Source: Aulosira sp. ZfuVER01 (GTDB taxonomy: Bacteria; Cyanobacteriota; Cyanobacteriia; Cyanobacteriales; Nostocaceae). From it: DNA of 64,000 nt. A model generated the notes under the pieces. The model worked only from the letters and a program-made list of their open reading frames with translations, searched no databases and was not told the DNA's origin. Both the position numbers and the translations under genes were made by a program. Below are positions 39,878 through 50,343 of this stretch, one piece after another. Within the stretch, counting starts at the first letter, position 1. Every line of letters starts with the position of its first letter. Location: NCBI GenBank assembly GCA_034530615.2, contig JAVRCV020000068.1, positions 32,001 to 96,000 on the forward strand, given 5' to 3'.

Positions 39878-40097
39878 TGGCTTCCTCTCTGGTGAGTGGT
39901 TTGAAACCTAAAATTTGAATAGGATTTGCGGTTAACTGCGCAATTATACCTGTTGTGGAAAAACGTTTCATTTTTGAGGTGGTTTTCAAGAGAACGATTT
40001 GCACCATTTCGCCATTGCGGATTTCATCTTCATACTCAACGGGAATTTCGATTTTACCGTTGTTGACCTTAGCATTAAAATGTATGTTTGCCGTTAT
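39864..40097 (-). pseudogene. Putative antitoxin lacking an ATG start
   Basis: Open frame (I)TANIHFNAKVNNGKIEIPVEY...FKPLTREEANERW overlapping the PIN gene start; first codon is ATA. Confidence 0.6.
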
Positions 40098-40195
40098 AAG
40101 GGATTACATACCTTGTTCAAATTCGTCAATGGCTTGAATGTCTTCTGAAATATGGACGCTAATGGATTCACAATCTGTAAGATATTCTAATTAAA

Positions 40196-40561
40196 TTAGA
40201 GTTTTTCTAATGAAACTAAACCATTCTCTTGAAAATCTATTTCTAGATGATATCCTGCCATGAGAGAAGTGCCCAGCAAAGGTTTATAACCAGCAGCTAA
40301 AACTGGAACTAATCTTTCTATACCGTCCCATACAATTGTTGCTAAATGTATAGATAATAAAGCTTGAGTACCGTCGGCTAACCTTGCTTCGGTACTAGAA
40401 TATAAGGGAAGATTCATTGCACTAACTGCTTGTGATGGTAAAGTAAGATGGTCATTAAATCCAGTACCAATGACAAAATCCAAAGAAAATTCTGGCTGTG
40501 AAGGTAAACGAAAAACCACTGGAATTATTGCCCTGCCATCGATTACTTTTCCATAATTCAT
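40196..40561 (-). CDS. Clan AA aspartic-protease-like protein, catalytic DTG changed to GTG
   Basis: DFVIGTGFNDHLTLP, RLADG, PLLGTSL. Confidence 0.75.
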   Translation of the reverse strand: MNYGKVIDGRAIIPVVFRLPSQPEFSLDFVIGTGFNDHLTLPSQAVSAMNLPLYSSTEARLADGTQALLSIHLATIVWDGIERLVPVLAAGYKPLLGTSLMAGYHLEIDFQENGLVSLEKL

Positions 40562-40830
40562 TCAGCAGTACGCTCCATTGCACCACCAAAACTTACAGCA
40601 ACATCATAACCAATCCGTATAGTAAATAATCTAGCATTAGGGTTTTTCTGTTTTAACTTTAACGCTGTCTCAACACCAGTTGGATCTATCCCATATTCAC
40701 CCGTTTCTGCATCAATTACAATCATCTTACCGATATTGTCACCATACTCGACATTTTGACGAATACCGTTTTCGTAAAACTGTTTAGCTCTTAGAGCTAC
40801 TTCTTCTACACTCCAGAAAATTGATTGCAT
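40558..40830 (-). CDS. Small hypothetical protein coupled to the protease gene
   Basis: AKQFYENGIR, GKMIVIDAETGEY, RIGY; 4-bp overlap with the protease start. Confidence 0.75.
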   Translation of the reverse strand: MQSIFWSVEEVALRAKQFYENGIRQNVEYGDNIGKMIVIDAETGEYGIDPTGVETALKLKQKNPNARLFTIRIGYDVAVSFGGAMERTAE

Positions 40831-40907
40831 CACAATTACACCTGCTTTTGCTGCTTAAATCATTGTAGATCGCGTAATTGTTCTGCATACTGAAGTGCAA
40901 AGAAATA

Positions 40908-41065
40908 CGGGGCGATTGGAAATCGCATCTATACAAACAAAACCCGCGAAGGCAGGTTTCAGAGAGTCCGCGTACTGCCTCGCAGAAGCCGAAGGCTAGG
41001 CGGACGAAAGTTTGTAGTAGCGATCCACCAAAACGGGATGCTCCCTCTAGAACTTCTAGAGGTGA
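40908..41065. repeat. Mosaic of palindromic dispersed repeats
   Basis: GCGATTggaAATCGC, AAACCCGCgaagGCAGGTTT, GTCCGC...GCGGAC interrupted by a GC-rich insert, CCTCTAGAacTTCTAGAGG. Confidence 0.55.
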
Positions 41066-41128
41066 GATTGTTAAAATCCTGTTATCCTCATAACTACTCA
41101 CGCAGAACGCCCAGAAAAAGCGATCGCT

Positions 41129-43291
41129 ATGCTTCAGTATCCCAATCTCGAACAAGCGCTAAAATATCACTTCGGTTACGACCGATTCCGCCCAGGACAA
41201 CGGCAAATTATCGAAGATGCGCTGCAAAATCGGGATTTGTTGGTGGTGATGCCTACGGGTGGAGGTAAATCTTTGTGCTTTCAGCTACCAGCGCTGTTGA
41301 AGAAAGGTTTAACTGTGGTGGTGTCGCCACTAATCGCTTTGATGCAAGACCAAGTAGAATCACTGCGAAATAATAATATTAGCGCCACTTTTCTTAATAG
41401 TAGTCTCACTGCTTATAAAGTGCGATCGCGGGAAGAAGCCATCCTCAACGGTAAAGTTAAATTACTCTACGTAGCCCCAGAACGTCTTCTGAGTGAGAGA
41501 TTTCTCCCGTTTCTCGATTTAGTCAATCATCAAATCGGTATTTCTACTTTCGCGATTGACGAAGCGCACTGTGTTTCTGAGTGGGGACACGACTTTCGCC
41601 CAGAATATCGCCAGTTAAGATCTGTGCGTAAACGTTATCCTCATGTTCCGACGCTGGCGCTTACCGCCACCGCCACAGATCGCGTCCGTAGTGATATCAT
41701 CCAACAATTAGCGTTAAAGCAACCTAGTATCCACGTTGCTAGTTTTAATCGGCAAAACCTTTATTATGAAGTCCGTTCTAAAACTAAATATGCTTACGCT
41801 GAGTTATTAGAATTAATTCGCGAAACAGAAGGTTCAGTAATTGTTTATTGTTTAACTCGTAAAAAAGTTGAGGAACTCACTTTTAAACTGCAAAAAGATA
41901 AGATTGCTGCCTTAGCTTATCATGCCGGATTACCTGACGATGAACGCAGCAAGAATCAAACGCGGTTTATTCGAGATGATGTCCGGGTGATGATAGCAAC
42001 TATTGCTTTTGGTATGGGTATTAATAAACCAGATGTGCGGCTGGTAGTTCACTTTGATATCCCCCGAAATTTAGAGAGTTACTATCAAGAATCAGGTAGA
42101 GCGGGTAGAGATGGCGAACCATCACGCTGTACAATATTTTTCAGCTTTGGTGATATTAAAACAATTGAATGGAGTATTGAACAAAAAACAGATCCGCAAG
42201 AACAGTTGATTGCTAAGCAACAATTACGGCAGATGATAGACTATGCCGAAGGTACAGATTGCCGACGGACGATTCAACTAGGTTATTTTGGGGAAAGATT
42301 TGCGGGTAATTGCGGTAATTGTGATAATTGTCGTCATCCCAAACCAATACAAGATTGGACAATTGAAGCGATGAAGTTCCTATCTTGTGTGGCGCGTTGT
42401 AAAGAAAGATTTGGGATGCTGCATATTATTGATGTGTTGCGAGGAGCAAAAACCCAGAAAATTACCCAAAACGAACACGACAAGCTTTCTACCTATGGTA
42501 TTGGTAAAGATAGAAGTATTGATGAATGGCGAATGCTAGGGCGATCGCTTTTACATCAAGGTTTATTAGAACAAACCAGCGATGGTTATTCAGTCTTGAA
42601 ACTGAACGCCTTGAGTTGGGAAGTGATGCGACGACAGCGCACAGTTAGTTTAGCTGTTCCCATAGTTCAAAAGATTAATTGGGAAGAAGGAAGTGAAAAA
42701 GCTGCTGAGGTGGAAATCCTGATGCAAAGGTTGCGATCGCTCCGTAAACAACTAGCTGACGAACAATCTGTACCACCTTACGTTGTCTTTCAAGATTCTA
42801 CCTTGAAATTAATGGCACAGGTGCAACCAAAAAATCTCACGGAATTTGCTAAACTTTCCGGCGTAGGTAGCCACAAACTTGCCCAATATGGCGAAAAATT
42901 CATTTCAGAAATTCGCGCATATCGTCAAGAACAAGGTGTAATAGATCCACAAGATAATTCCAAACCTATTGTAAGTCTTGGCTTACCTTCGGATACTGAA
43001 CTATTGACATTACAATTACATCAACGAGGTTTGAGGATTGACGAAATTGCTGAAAAAAGAAATGTTCGCTCTACTACAATCATCCGTCACCTTACAGATT
43101 TAATTGAGAAAAATCAGCCTGTAGATTTAAATCAGTTGGTTCCTTTAGAACGCCAAAAAAAGATTTGGCAAGTTTTAGAAGTGCTGGGTGATATTTCTCT
43201 AACTCCAATTCGTGAACAACTGGGTGAGAGTTATAGTTATGATGAAATTCGCTTAGTGCGGGGAAAGTGGCGACGCGAAAATCGTAAGTAG
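41129..43291 (+). CDS. recQ: ATP-dependent DNA helicase RecQ
   Basis: [37 protein letters not shown], Zn site [15 protein letters not shown]-terminal HTH. Confidence 0.96.
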   Translation: MLQYPNLEQALKYHFGYDRFRPGQRQIIEDALQNRDLLVVMPTGGGKSLCFQLPALLKKGLTVVVSPLIALMQDQVESLRNNNISATFLNSSLTAYKVRSREEAILNGKVKLLYVAPERLLSERFLPFLDLVNHQIGISTFAIDEAHCVSEWGHDFRPEYRQLRSVRKRYPHVPTLALTATATDRVRSDIIQQLALKQPSIHVASFNRQNLYYEVRSKTKYAYAELLELIRETEGSVIVYCLTRKKVEELTFKLQKDKIAALAYHAGLPDDERSKNQTRFIRDDVRVMIATIAFGMGINKPDVRLVVHFDIPRNLESYYQESGRAGRDGEPSRCTIFFSFGDIKTIEWSIEQKTDPQEQLIAKQQLRQMIDYAEGTDCRRTIQLGYFGERFAGNCGNCDNCRHPKPIQDWTIEAMKFLSCVARCKERFGMLHIIDVLRGAKTQKITQNEHDKLSTYGIGKDRSIDEWRMLGRSLLHQGLLEQTSDGYSVLKLNALSWEVMRRQRTVSLAVPIVQKINWEEGSEKAAEVEILMQRLRSLRKQLADEQSVPPYVVFQDSTLKLMAQVQPKNLTEFAKLSGVGSHKLAQYGEKFISEIRAYRQEQGVIDPQDNSKPIVSLGLPSDTELLTLQLHQRGLRIDEIAEKRNVRSTTIIRHLTDLIEKNQPVDLNQLVPLERQKKIWQVLEVLGDISLTPIREQLGESYSYDEIRLVRGKWRRENRK

Positions 43292-43390
43292 CTAGGCGCG
43301 AATATCTATAACTATGTAAAGACAAGTTAAGTGTAGGGGAGCCAGTTAAGTGTAGGGTGTGTTGTCGCGCAGCGCAACGCACCGCCTACA
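43285..43390. repeat. IS630-type end sequence plus REP-like palindrome overlapping the recQ stop
   Basis: TAAGTAGCTAGGCGCGAATATCTATAACTATGTAA resembles the end at 49745; TGTAGGGTGTGTTG...CAACGCACCGCCTACA hairpin; direct repeat AGTTAAGTGTAGGG x2. Confidence 0.55.
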
Positions 43391-43640
43391 ATTAAACCAC
43401 CGATAAATCAAGATGTTTAATCAACATCTGAGGGTTTCTATCACCCAAATTACTCTTCACTGATTTGTATTGGATTTTGCTAAACAAGAATTTTGAGTTC
43501 GCTGAGAGGGAGAAAGAATAATTTTGTTGCTGTATCTGCGATCATCCTCCCTCAACGCAATCGCTTTCCCAAAGCTAGCTAGATTGCACTTTTATTAAGA
43601 TAATTTTCTAATATGTAGTGCAGGTTGGCAAAAACAACTA

Positions 43641-43814
43641 TTACGAAAAACTGGGTATTTCAATTTCAGGACTAGATTCCGGTGTTGTTATAGAGGTTGG
43701 AGATAGAGTAGGTTTTCTGGTTTTTGCTGCCAAAATCATAGATAGCAATTTGGGAAATACAAGGCAGGCAAGAGTATTGATGAGCGTTAATAATATACAA
43801 TCTATGAAAGACAT
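43641..43814 (-). CDS. Small membrane protein (57 aa), paralog of 44232-44477; not in the ORF track
   Basis: MSFIDCILLTLINTLACLVFPKLLSMILAAKTRKPTLSPTSITTPESSPEIEIPSFS; SD AAGGAGG. Confidence 0.8.
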   Translation of the reverse strand: MSFIDCILLTLINTLACLVFPKLLSMILAAKTRKPTLSPTSITTPESSPEIEIPSFS

Positions 43815-44231
43815 AGACTATCGCCTCCTTAATTTGATAACTTATGGGTCTATTTCCTATTGTCAATCAAAATCAGTACTTTAAACTACATTTACAATTT
43901 TGGATTTCTTTTAGCTGATATAAGTTACGTAAATATATTGATTTTACTCTGGTAGCATATAAAAATCTTTTGGGTCAGCAAGTCACACACTTAATAAAGA
44001 ACTCCACCCACAAGAGGATGGAGTTTACCTCTGACTTGCAATGAAAGAATTACACAATTTTGAGATTACGTAGATTAATTTGCTTGTGAATTGTGAATTA
44101 TAAATTCATATTTCCATCTTGACTTTTCAAGATCCAATTTTTAAATGGGATGAATCCACTACCTCTTCTTCTCCCAATGCAAAACTGCCCCTTGAGAATT
44201 TTAACTCAACCCTGCTACTCTCAAATAATTG

Positions 44232-44477
44232 TTAATTTGGAGTACACCGATCGCAGAAATGAGGACGGAATCTACAGAATGGGCCGCCTGTCAAGGGGTA
44301 AGCAGTACAATAAGGAAAAGTAGTGATAGGCACTCTAGCTTTTTGCGAACTGGAACCTTTCGGTGATGGTTCAGTAGTTTTGGCTTGAGGTGAAGTAATG
44401 ATAGATAGCAGCTTGGGGAATGCTAGACAAGCAACAGTATTGATGAGCGTCAGTAATGCAGCATCTTTTAAAACCAC
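44232..44477 (-). CDS. Small membrane protein (81 aa) with Cys-rich tail
   Basis: LLTLINTVACLAFPKLLSII shared with the downstream paralog; SD-like GGGGGGTG; tail YC..PFC..FCDRC. Confidence 0.75.
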   Translation of the reverse strand: MVLKDAALLTLINTVACLAFPKLLSIITSPQAKTTEPSPKGSSSQKARVPITTFPYCTAYPLTGGPFCRFRPHFCDRCTPN

Positions 44478-44709
44478 AGGTAATCACCCCCCTGTATAAA
44501 TAGGTGGTCACTATTGTTAGCTATTAGCAAAGGCTATGCAATTGCATTGATTGCCAACACATCCATTGCTTTTTAACTATATAAATTAAGATTATCATAA
44601 ATTTTTGTTAATGGAAGCGTGCGTTTTCCGAAAATGCTATACCAGAAAGCATTGTGTATATTGAAGGCATTTCTCAAAAAGTAGCCATTTACTATATAGG
44701 TGATATGTG

Positions 44710-46686
44710 ATGTCAAAAACAAAACCTGCGTCTATTTATTTATCTGATATCAGTGAACGAGAACGTTCAGCATTAAAGCGTTTGGCAGATTATACAAATG
44801 TGAATTCATTGCCAGAAATTTGGCCATTAGCAGCAAAGTTATTTAAGAATAGTATTGCTCTGCATAATCCTCATGCCAAACCAGAGGTAGTGATTAATTA
44901 CACTCAGTTAGCAGAGCAAATTCAAAAGTTTGCTGCTGGGTTACAGGCTTTAGGAGTAAAAGCAGGCGATCGCATTTCCTTAATTGCCGATAATAGTCCC
45001 AGGTGGTTTATTGTCGATCAAGGTATCATGACTGCTGGGGGCGTTGATGCGGTGCGTAGCTCTCAAGCAGAAAAGGAAGAATTACTGTTTATTGTGGCGA
45101 ATAGTGGCAGCACGGCGCTAGTAGTCGAGGATTTAAAGACCTTCAAAAAACTCCAAGATAGGCTCAACGATTTACCCGTGCAACTGGTAATCTTGCTTTC
45201 GGATGAAACACCGCCAGCAGCAGAAACTCTCAAGGTACTGAATTTTTTACAGGTAATAGAAATTGGCTCTAACCGTTCCCTAGAAACAGTTCAGCAAAAC
45301 TACGATACCCTAGCTACGCTCATTTACACTTCGGGTACTACGGGTAAGCCCAAGGGTGTAATGCTCTCTCATGGGAATTTATTGCACCAAGTGACAACTT
45401 TCGGGACAGTGGTGCAACCAAACGTAGGCGATATGGCCTTGAGTATCCTTCCTAGTTGGCATAGCTATGAAAGAACAGTGGAGTATTACTTACTTTCTCA
45501 AGGTTGTGGACAGGTTTACACTAACCTGCGTTCTGTGAAGCGAGATTTGAAAGAAATTAAACCCCATTATATGGTGGCTGTACCCCGCCTCTGGGAATCA
45601 ATTTATGAAGGAGCGCAAAAGCAGTTCCGCGAACAACCAGCCAACAAGCAACGCTTAATTAACTTTTTCTTAGACAATAGCAATAAATATATTCAAGCAA
45701 AACGCATTGCTGAGGGCCTGAGTTTAGAGCATCTACAATCTTCTGCGATGGAACGATTCTCCGCTAAGATACAAACTTCTGTTTTGTCGCCTCTCCATGC
45801 CTTAGGAGAAAAACTAGTGTATGCTAAAGTCCGAGAAGCGACAGGAGGACAACTTAAGCACGTAATTAGCGGTGGCGGCGCACTTCCCAAGCACATCGAT
45901 AACTTTTTTGAAATTATTGGTGTAGAAATTTTGCAAGGCTATGGCTTAACAGAAACATCTCCTGTGACTAATGTCCGTCGTCCTTGGCACAATGTACGTG
46001 GATCATCTGGGCCGACGCTACCCGCTACAGAAACTAAAATTGTAGATCCAGAGACTCGCAAACCTCTCCCAGTTGGGGAGCGAGGTTTGGTGTTGTTGAA
46101 GGGGCCGCAAATTATGCAAGGTTATTACCAAAATCCAGAAGCGACAGCAAAAGTAATCGACGCTGAAGGTTGGTTTGATAGCGGCGATTTGGGTTGGGTG
46201 ACACCGCAAAATGATTTGGTGCTAACTGGCAGAGCCAAGGATACTATTGTGTTAACCAACGGCGAAAATATCGAGCCACAGCCGATAGAAGATGCCTGTT
46301 TGCGATCGCCCTACATCGATCAGATTATGCTTGTTGGTCAAGATCAGCGTAGCATTGGTGCCTTGATTGTCCCCAATATTGAAGCCTTGGAAAAATGGGC
46401 AGAAACTCAACATCTGAACTCAAGTACAGAAAATGAGAATGTTACCGCCTCATCCAGTCAAAAAATAGACCTGGAGAGTAAAATAATCCAGGAATTATAT
46501 AGGAAGGAATTGAATCGGGAAGTGCAAAATCGTCCAGGCTATCGAATTGATGACCGCATTGGCCCTTTCAAACTCATTCCTGAGCCGTTTTCCATTGAAA
46601 ATGGCTTGATGACACAAACACTAAAAATCCGGCGTCATGTCGTCGCAGAACGCTATCGCGATATCATTAACGCCATGTTTGCCTGA
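44710..46686 (+). CDS. aas: Long-chain acyl-ACP/CoA synthetase
   Basis: IYTSGTTGKPKG, QGYGLTET, WFDSGDLG, GRAKDTIVLTNGENIEP. Confidence 0.9.
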   Translation: MSKTKPASIYLSDISERERSALKRLADYTNVNSLPEIWPLAAKLFKNSIALHNPHAKPEVVINYTQLAEQIQKFAAGLQALGVKAGDRISLIADNSPRWFIVDQGIMTAGGVDAVRSSQAEKEELLFIVANSGSTALVVEDLKTFKKLQDRLNDLPVQLVILLSDETPPAAETLKVLNFLQVIEIGSNRSLETVQQNYDTLATLIYTSGTTGKPKGVMLSHGNLLHQVTTFGTVVQPNVGDMALSILPSWHSYERTVEYYLLSQGCGQVYTNLRSVKRDLKEIKPHYMVAVPRLWESIYEGAQKQFREQPANKQRLINFFLDNSNKYIQAKRIAEGLSLEHLQSSAMERFSAKIQTSVLSPLHALGEKLVYAKVREATGGQLKHVISGGGALPKHIDNFFEIIGVEILQGYGLTETSPVTNVRRPWHNVRGSSGPTLPATETKIVDPETRKPLPVGERGLVLLKGPQIMQGYYQNPEATAKVIDAEGWFDSGDLGWVTPQNDLVLTGRAKDTIVLTNGENIEPQPIEDACLRSPYIDQIMLVGQDQRSIGALIVPNIEALEKWAETQHLNSSTENENVTASSSQKIDLESKIIQELYRKELNREVQNRPGYRIDDRIGPFKLIPEPFSIENGLMTQTLKIRRHVVAERYRDIINAMFA

Positions 46687-46727
46687 TAATTCCACAGACC
46701 AAAATTATAGAGTGAACGTGAAACTGT

Positions 46728-47186
46728 ATGGATGTCTCCAAATCTCAATCTCAACAATTGCTTTTGAAACGTATTGTTAATGTCAAAGTCATTGTTACTC
46801 CTCTGTGGAAAGAGGAAATACAACAGCAACTGCAAGCCCAGATCAATCAAACCGATCAGCAATTGCAACAACTAGACATTGAAGGACAAAGAGCAATTAC
46901 TGCTATTCAAAAGCAGAGTTTGCAACCACCAGGTCCCCAAACCCTCCAACAAATTGACAATATTCAACTCCAAGTCAATCAAAAGAAAAGCGAACTGCTA
47001 GAGCAAAAAAATCAATTCCTGCAAAACCTCCAGCAAGTACAGTTTCTTGAGTTGGATCAGGAAGTCAACCAATTCCAAATGGAAGGCTTTTTCCGCATAG
47101 AACCTGGTGATAATTTAATTAGCAAAACCCAGGTTGAAATTGTTTTGCGTGATGGCATTGTAGAAGAAATTCGTGGCGATATCTAA
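46728..47186 (+). CDS. YlqD-family protein
   Basis: LLLKRIVNVKVIVTPLWKEE, coiled coil, EIVLRDGIVEEIRG. Confidence 0.8.
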   Translation: MDVSKSQSQQLLLKRIVNVKVIVTPLWKEEIQQQLQAQINQTDQQLQQLDIEGQRAITAIQKQSLQPPGPQTLQQIDNIQLQVNQKKSELLEQKNQFLQNLQQVQFLELDQEVNQFQMEGFFRIEPGDNLISKTQVEIVLRDGIVEEIRGDI

Positions 47187-47349
47187 ATTGGTCACTTGTC
47201 ATTTGTGGTTTTACTCGCTCATGACTCATGACTCATACAAAGGCATCTACTGACCTTTTTAAGCACTCTTGTTTTAATTCCATGTCACTGGCGACAATAC
47301 AAGAAACTGCCTGTGGCGTGGATTTCTTCACTTAGCAAACTTTTCCAAA

Positions 47350-47904
47350 CTAACTTCCAGCTTTATATTCGCCAATTGGGGGTTGGCAGTTTTGGTTTAA
47401 ATTCTTTTTGAGGCGGTTCCCAGTCCGACATTGCACCTGGGAACCAGCCCATACAATTTGCCATACAGGCGGTGAACTAACTAACAGCGATCGCCCAAAA
47501 GTTGTCATCGCCACTCGATATTTCACTGCACTGTCTAAACGATCGCTCTGGTTAAGTTGCGTAATCGTCACTAAAGCCTGATTTCGTTGCGGATAAACTA
47601 TCTCTACCTTACGTGTTCCTACCTCTGATGCTGTATCATCAAAAGCACTCAAGGCGAGAGTAGCTGGATCGCTACCTTGGAGAGTAGAGTTAATACTTGC
47701 AAGCGGTATAGTTTTATAGTGGCTACGCTCTGGATAGGTTTCAACATCTTGAGATATCTGAGTTGCTGTTACCTGCTGTGCTTGACCATTTCTCGTCTCA
47801 AGACTTTGTGCAGATGGCTGGTGTTCAGAGAAATAAACTCCTGCGCCAGCAGTGGCAAACAGACCTATCATCACAATCAAGAACAATTTCCACTTTACTG
47901 TCAT
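47350..47904 (-). CDS. Hypothetical secreted/membrane-anchored protein
   Basis: N-terminal TM; ALVTITQ...DSAVKYRV...WQIVWAGSQVQC. Confidence 0.7.
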   Translation of the reverse strand: MTVKWKLFLIVMIGLFATAGAGVYFSEHQPSAQSLETRNGQAQQVTATQISQDVETYPERSHYKTIPLASINSTLQGSDPATLALSAFDDTASEVGTRKVEIVYPQRNQALVTITQLNQSDRLDSAVKYRVAMTTFGRSLLVSSPPVWQIVWAGSQVQCRTGNRLKKNLNQNCQPPIGEYKAGS

Positions 47905-48365
47905 AAAATTAAACAAAAATTTCAAACAAGTAAATTATTAATTTTGAATTTTAGATTGAAGCTTAACCGCCGAGCCTCTACCTTCTGGTTATCAGTAGCC
48001 TTTATTGTATGGTGGGTGATTATACGGAAAATAGAGATAAATAACAAACTCATTTGATTGCTGAACAACTTGCTGTGGACGTTGACTGTTAGCTCATACT
48101 TTGCGATCGCAATTGCATCGTGAAGAACCATTGAGAATTGCTATATTATTTAGACCTTCATTTCGTCTTTAGGTTCCTTGGGCATGGGGCATTGGTGATT
48201 TGTCATTTGTCCTCCTTGTCCCCCTTGTCCTCCTTGTCCCCCTTGCCCCCTGCCTCCTGCCTTTCTTGGTTAAAAATCTCCAACCTAAAACCCTCGTGCC
48301 AAGATACAATTCGATCTGGTAAAAGCTGTTAAAGTCCATAAATTCATTGATTCTGAAACCACCCT

Positions 48366-49667
48366 ATGAGCATTTACGAAGTATTTATGCCGGCGCTGAG
48401 TTCCACCATGACCGAAGGCAAGATTGTTTCTTGGGTGAAGTCGCCAGGCGATAAAGTGGAAAAAGGCGAAACAGTGGTGGTTGTCGAGTCAGATAAGGCA
48501 GATATGGATGTGGAATCCTTTTATGAAGGATATTTGGCTCACATCTTAGTGCAAGCTGGTGAATCTGCGGCTGTAGGAAATGCGATCGCTTTCATTGCTG
48601 AAACAGAAGCTGAAATCGAAACTGCTAAATCTGCTGCTAATTCTGGTAGCGCTGCTGCGCCTGCCACCACCTCTCCCGAACCAATTGCGGCAAGTGTTTC
48701 GGCTCCAACACCAGCTTTGGCGTCTCAAAATGGCTCAAACCACCGAGAAGGAAGGCTCGTAGTTTCACCCCGCGCTCGGAAGTTGGCAAAAGAGCTAAAA
48801 GTTGATTTGAAGACGCTTCAAGGCAGTGGCCCCTACGGTCGTATTATTGCTGAGGATGTGGAAGCAGCTGCAAATCAGGGTAAGCCCGCCGCTACCGCAC
48901 CAGTTGCACCGCCACCATCTGTACCAACAACCACTCCAGTAGCACCACTATCTCGTCCAGCCGCACCCGCACCCGCCGCCGCTAGTGCTGTTCCGGGTCA
49001 GATAGCACCTTTCACTACTTTCCAGAGTGCATTAGTCCGGAACATGGTAGCTACCCTATCTGTACCTGTCTTCCGCGTGGGTTACACAATTACCACTGAT
49101 GGACTAGACAAGCTTTATAAGCAGATTAAATCCAAAGGTGTGACCATGACAGCGCTATTGGCGAAAGCTGTAGCAGTAACGCTGCAAAAACACCCATTAC
49201 TCAATGCTAGCTACTCAGAGCAAGGAATTGTCTATCATTCTGATATCAACATTTCCGTAGCTGTAGCAATGGATGATGGCGGATTGATTACACCTGTGTT
49301 AAAAAATGCAGACTTAGTAGATATTTATTCCTTATCGCGCAGTTGGAAGTCTTTGGTAGACCGTGCGAGAGCAAAACAACTGCAACCAGACGAATACAAC
49401 AGCGGCACTTTTACTGTGTCCAACTTGGGGATGTTTGGTGTAGACACATTTGATGCGATTTTACCAACCGGACAAGGTGCGATTTTAGCAATTGGTGCAT
49501 CTCGCCCGCAAGTTGTAGCAACACCTGATGGTTTGTTTGCTGTGCGTCAACAAATGCAGGTAAATATTACCGCCGATCATCGAATTATTTACGGTGCTCA
49601 TGCTGCTGCATTCTTGCAAGATTTAGCTAAATTGATTGAGACAGATGCTCAATCTTTGACACTGTAA
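48366..49667 (+). CDS. pdhC: Pyruvate dehydrogenase E2 (dihydrolipoamide acetyltransferase)
   Basis: Lipoyl motif VESDKADMDVE, E3-binding SPRARKLA...GSGPYGRI, catalytic DHRIIYG. Confidence 0.95.
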   Translation: MSIYEVFMPALSSTMTEGKIVSWVKSPGDKVEKGETVVVVESDKADMDVESFYEGYLAHILVQAGESAAVGNAIAFIAETEAEIETAKSAANSGSAAAPATTSPEPIAASVSAPTPALASQNGSNHREGRLVVSPRARKLAKELKVDLKTLQGSGPYGRIIAEDVEAAANQGKPAATAPVAPPPSVPTTTPVAPLSRPAAPAPAAASAVPGQIAPFTTFQSALVRNMVATLSVPVFRVGYTITTDGLDKLYKQIKSKGVTMTALLAKAVAVTLQKHPLLNASYSEQGIVYHSDINISVAVAMDDGGLITPVLKNADLVDIYSLSRSWKSLVDRARAKQLQPDEYNSGTFTVSNLGMFGVDTFDAILPTGQGAILAIGASRPQVVATPDGLFAVRQQMQVNITADHRIIYGAHAAAFLQDLAKLIETDAQSLTL

Positions 49668-49700
49668 TCAAAATTTCTTAATCGAAGAAAGTTAAATTTT

Positions 49701-49733
49701 AGACTTGGAGATAAATCAACTCCAAGTCTTTCT
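49701..49733 (+). terminator. Intrinsic terminator of pdhC
   Basis: AGACTTGGAG...CTCCAAGTCT followed by TTT. Confidence 0.75.
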
Positions 49734-49744
49734 ATTTTGTTAGT

Positions 49745-49945
49745 TAAGTAAGTCGCTGGAGAAATTTATAGATATGTAACAAACAGTTCACCATAAGAAC
49801 GAAAGTTAAATCTTACACGTTACGTGCTGTAGTTTCACTTTCTCCTCTTGTTTAAATTCCATCAATCACAGCATAGGCAATGTATAACTCATCCTCAAAA
49901 GTTTTCGAGGCTAGTTCATCTTTTTTAGGTGTTGCCACTCCAATA
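49745..49945 (-). mobile_element. Degenerate IS630-family transposase C-terminus and terminal sequence
   Basis: Minus strand, with a frameshift and stop: LEWQHLK/KDELASKTFEDELYIAYAVIDGI*TRGE, resembling the cyanobacterial IS630 C-terminus; end sequence TAAGTAAGTCG. Confidence 0.65.
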
Positions 49946-50343
49946 CACGGCTACTCATATCGTTGTTACCGTACTAGATACATTATATGTATTTACTTAT
50001 CTTCACATAGTTTGGTTTTTTAAGTCTTTCTACTTATATAGAAGGATAGTTATTTATCATAAAAACCTATCTTTTGATAGATATAATCTAAGAGCTTTTA
50101 TTATAGATTAACTTATATTAAGTCATAAGATAACAATATTAATAATTAAAAGTTAAATTTATAGCTATTAAAAACTGCTGATTAAATAATATGAGTTAAG
50201 GGCTAATTTATTTTCAATATTTGACAATACTTATCAAAAAAATCTAGAGTCTTCTGATACTAAAACTTTCCAATCTCATGGAAATATAAAATTTATTTGT
50301 AACTTTCCAAAAATTTATTTAGATAAATACTAATTTTTATTTT

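Noticed and set aside
40784..41268. Several short ORFs upstream of recQ
   Set aside because: They arise from palindromic repeat DNA or overlap recQ.
43618..43884. ORF-track calls 43618-43884 (+) and 43672-43866 (-)
   Set aside because: They overlap the better supported 57-aa ORF, which has a strong SD and a neighbouring paralog.
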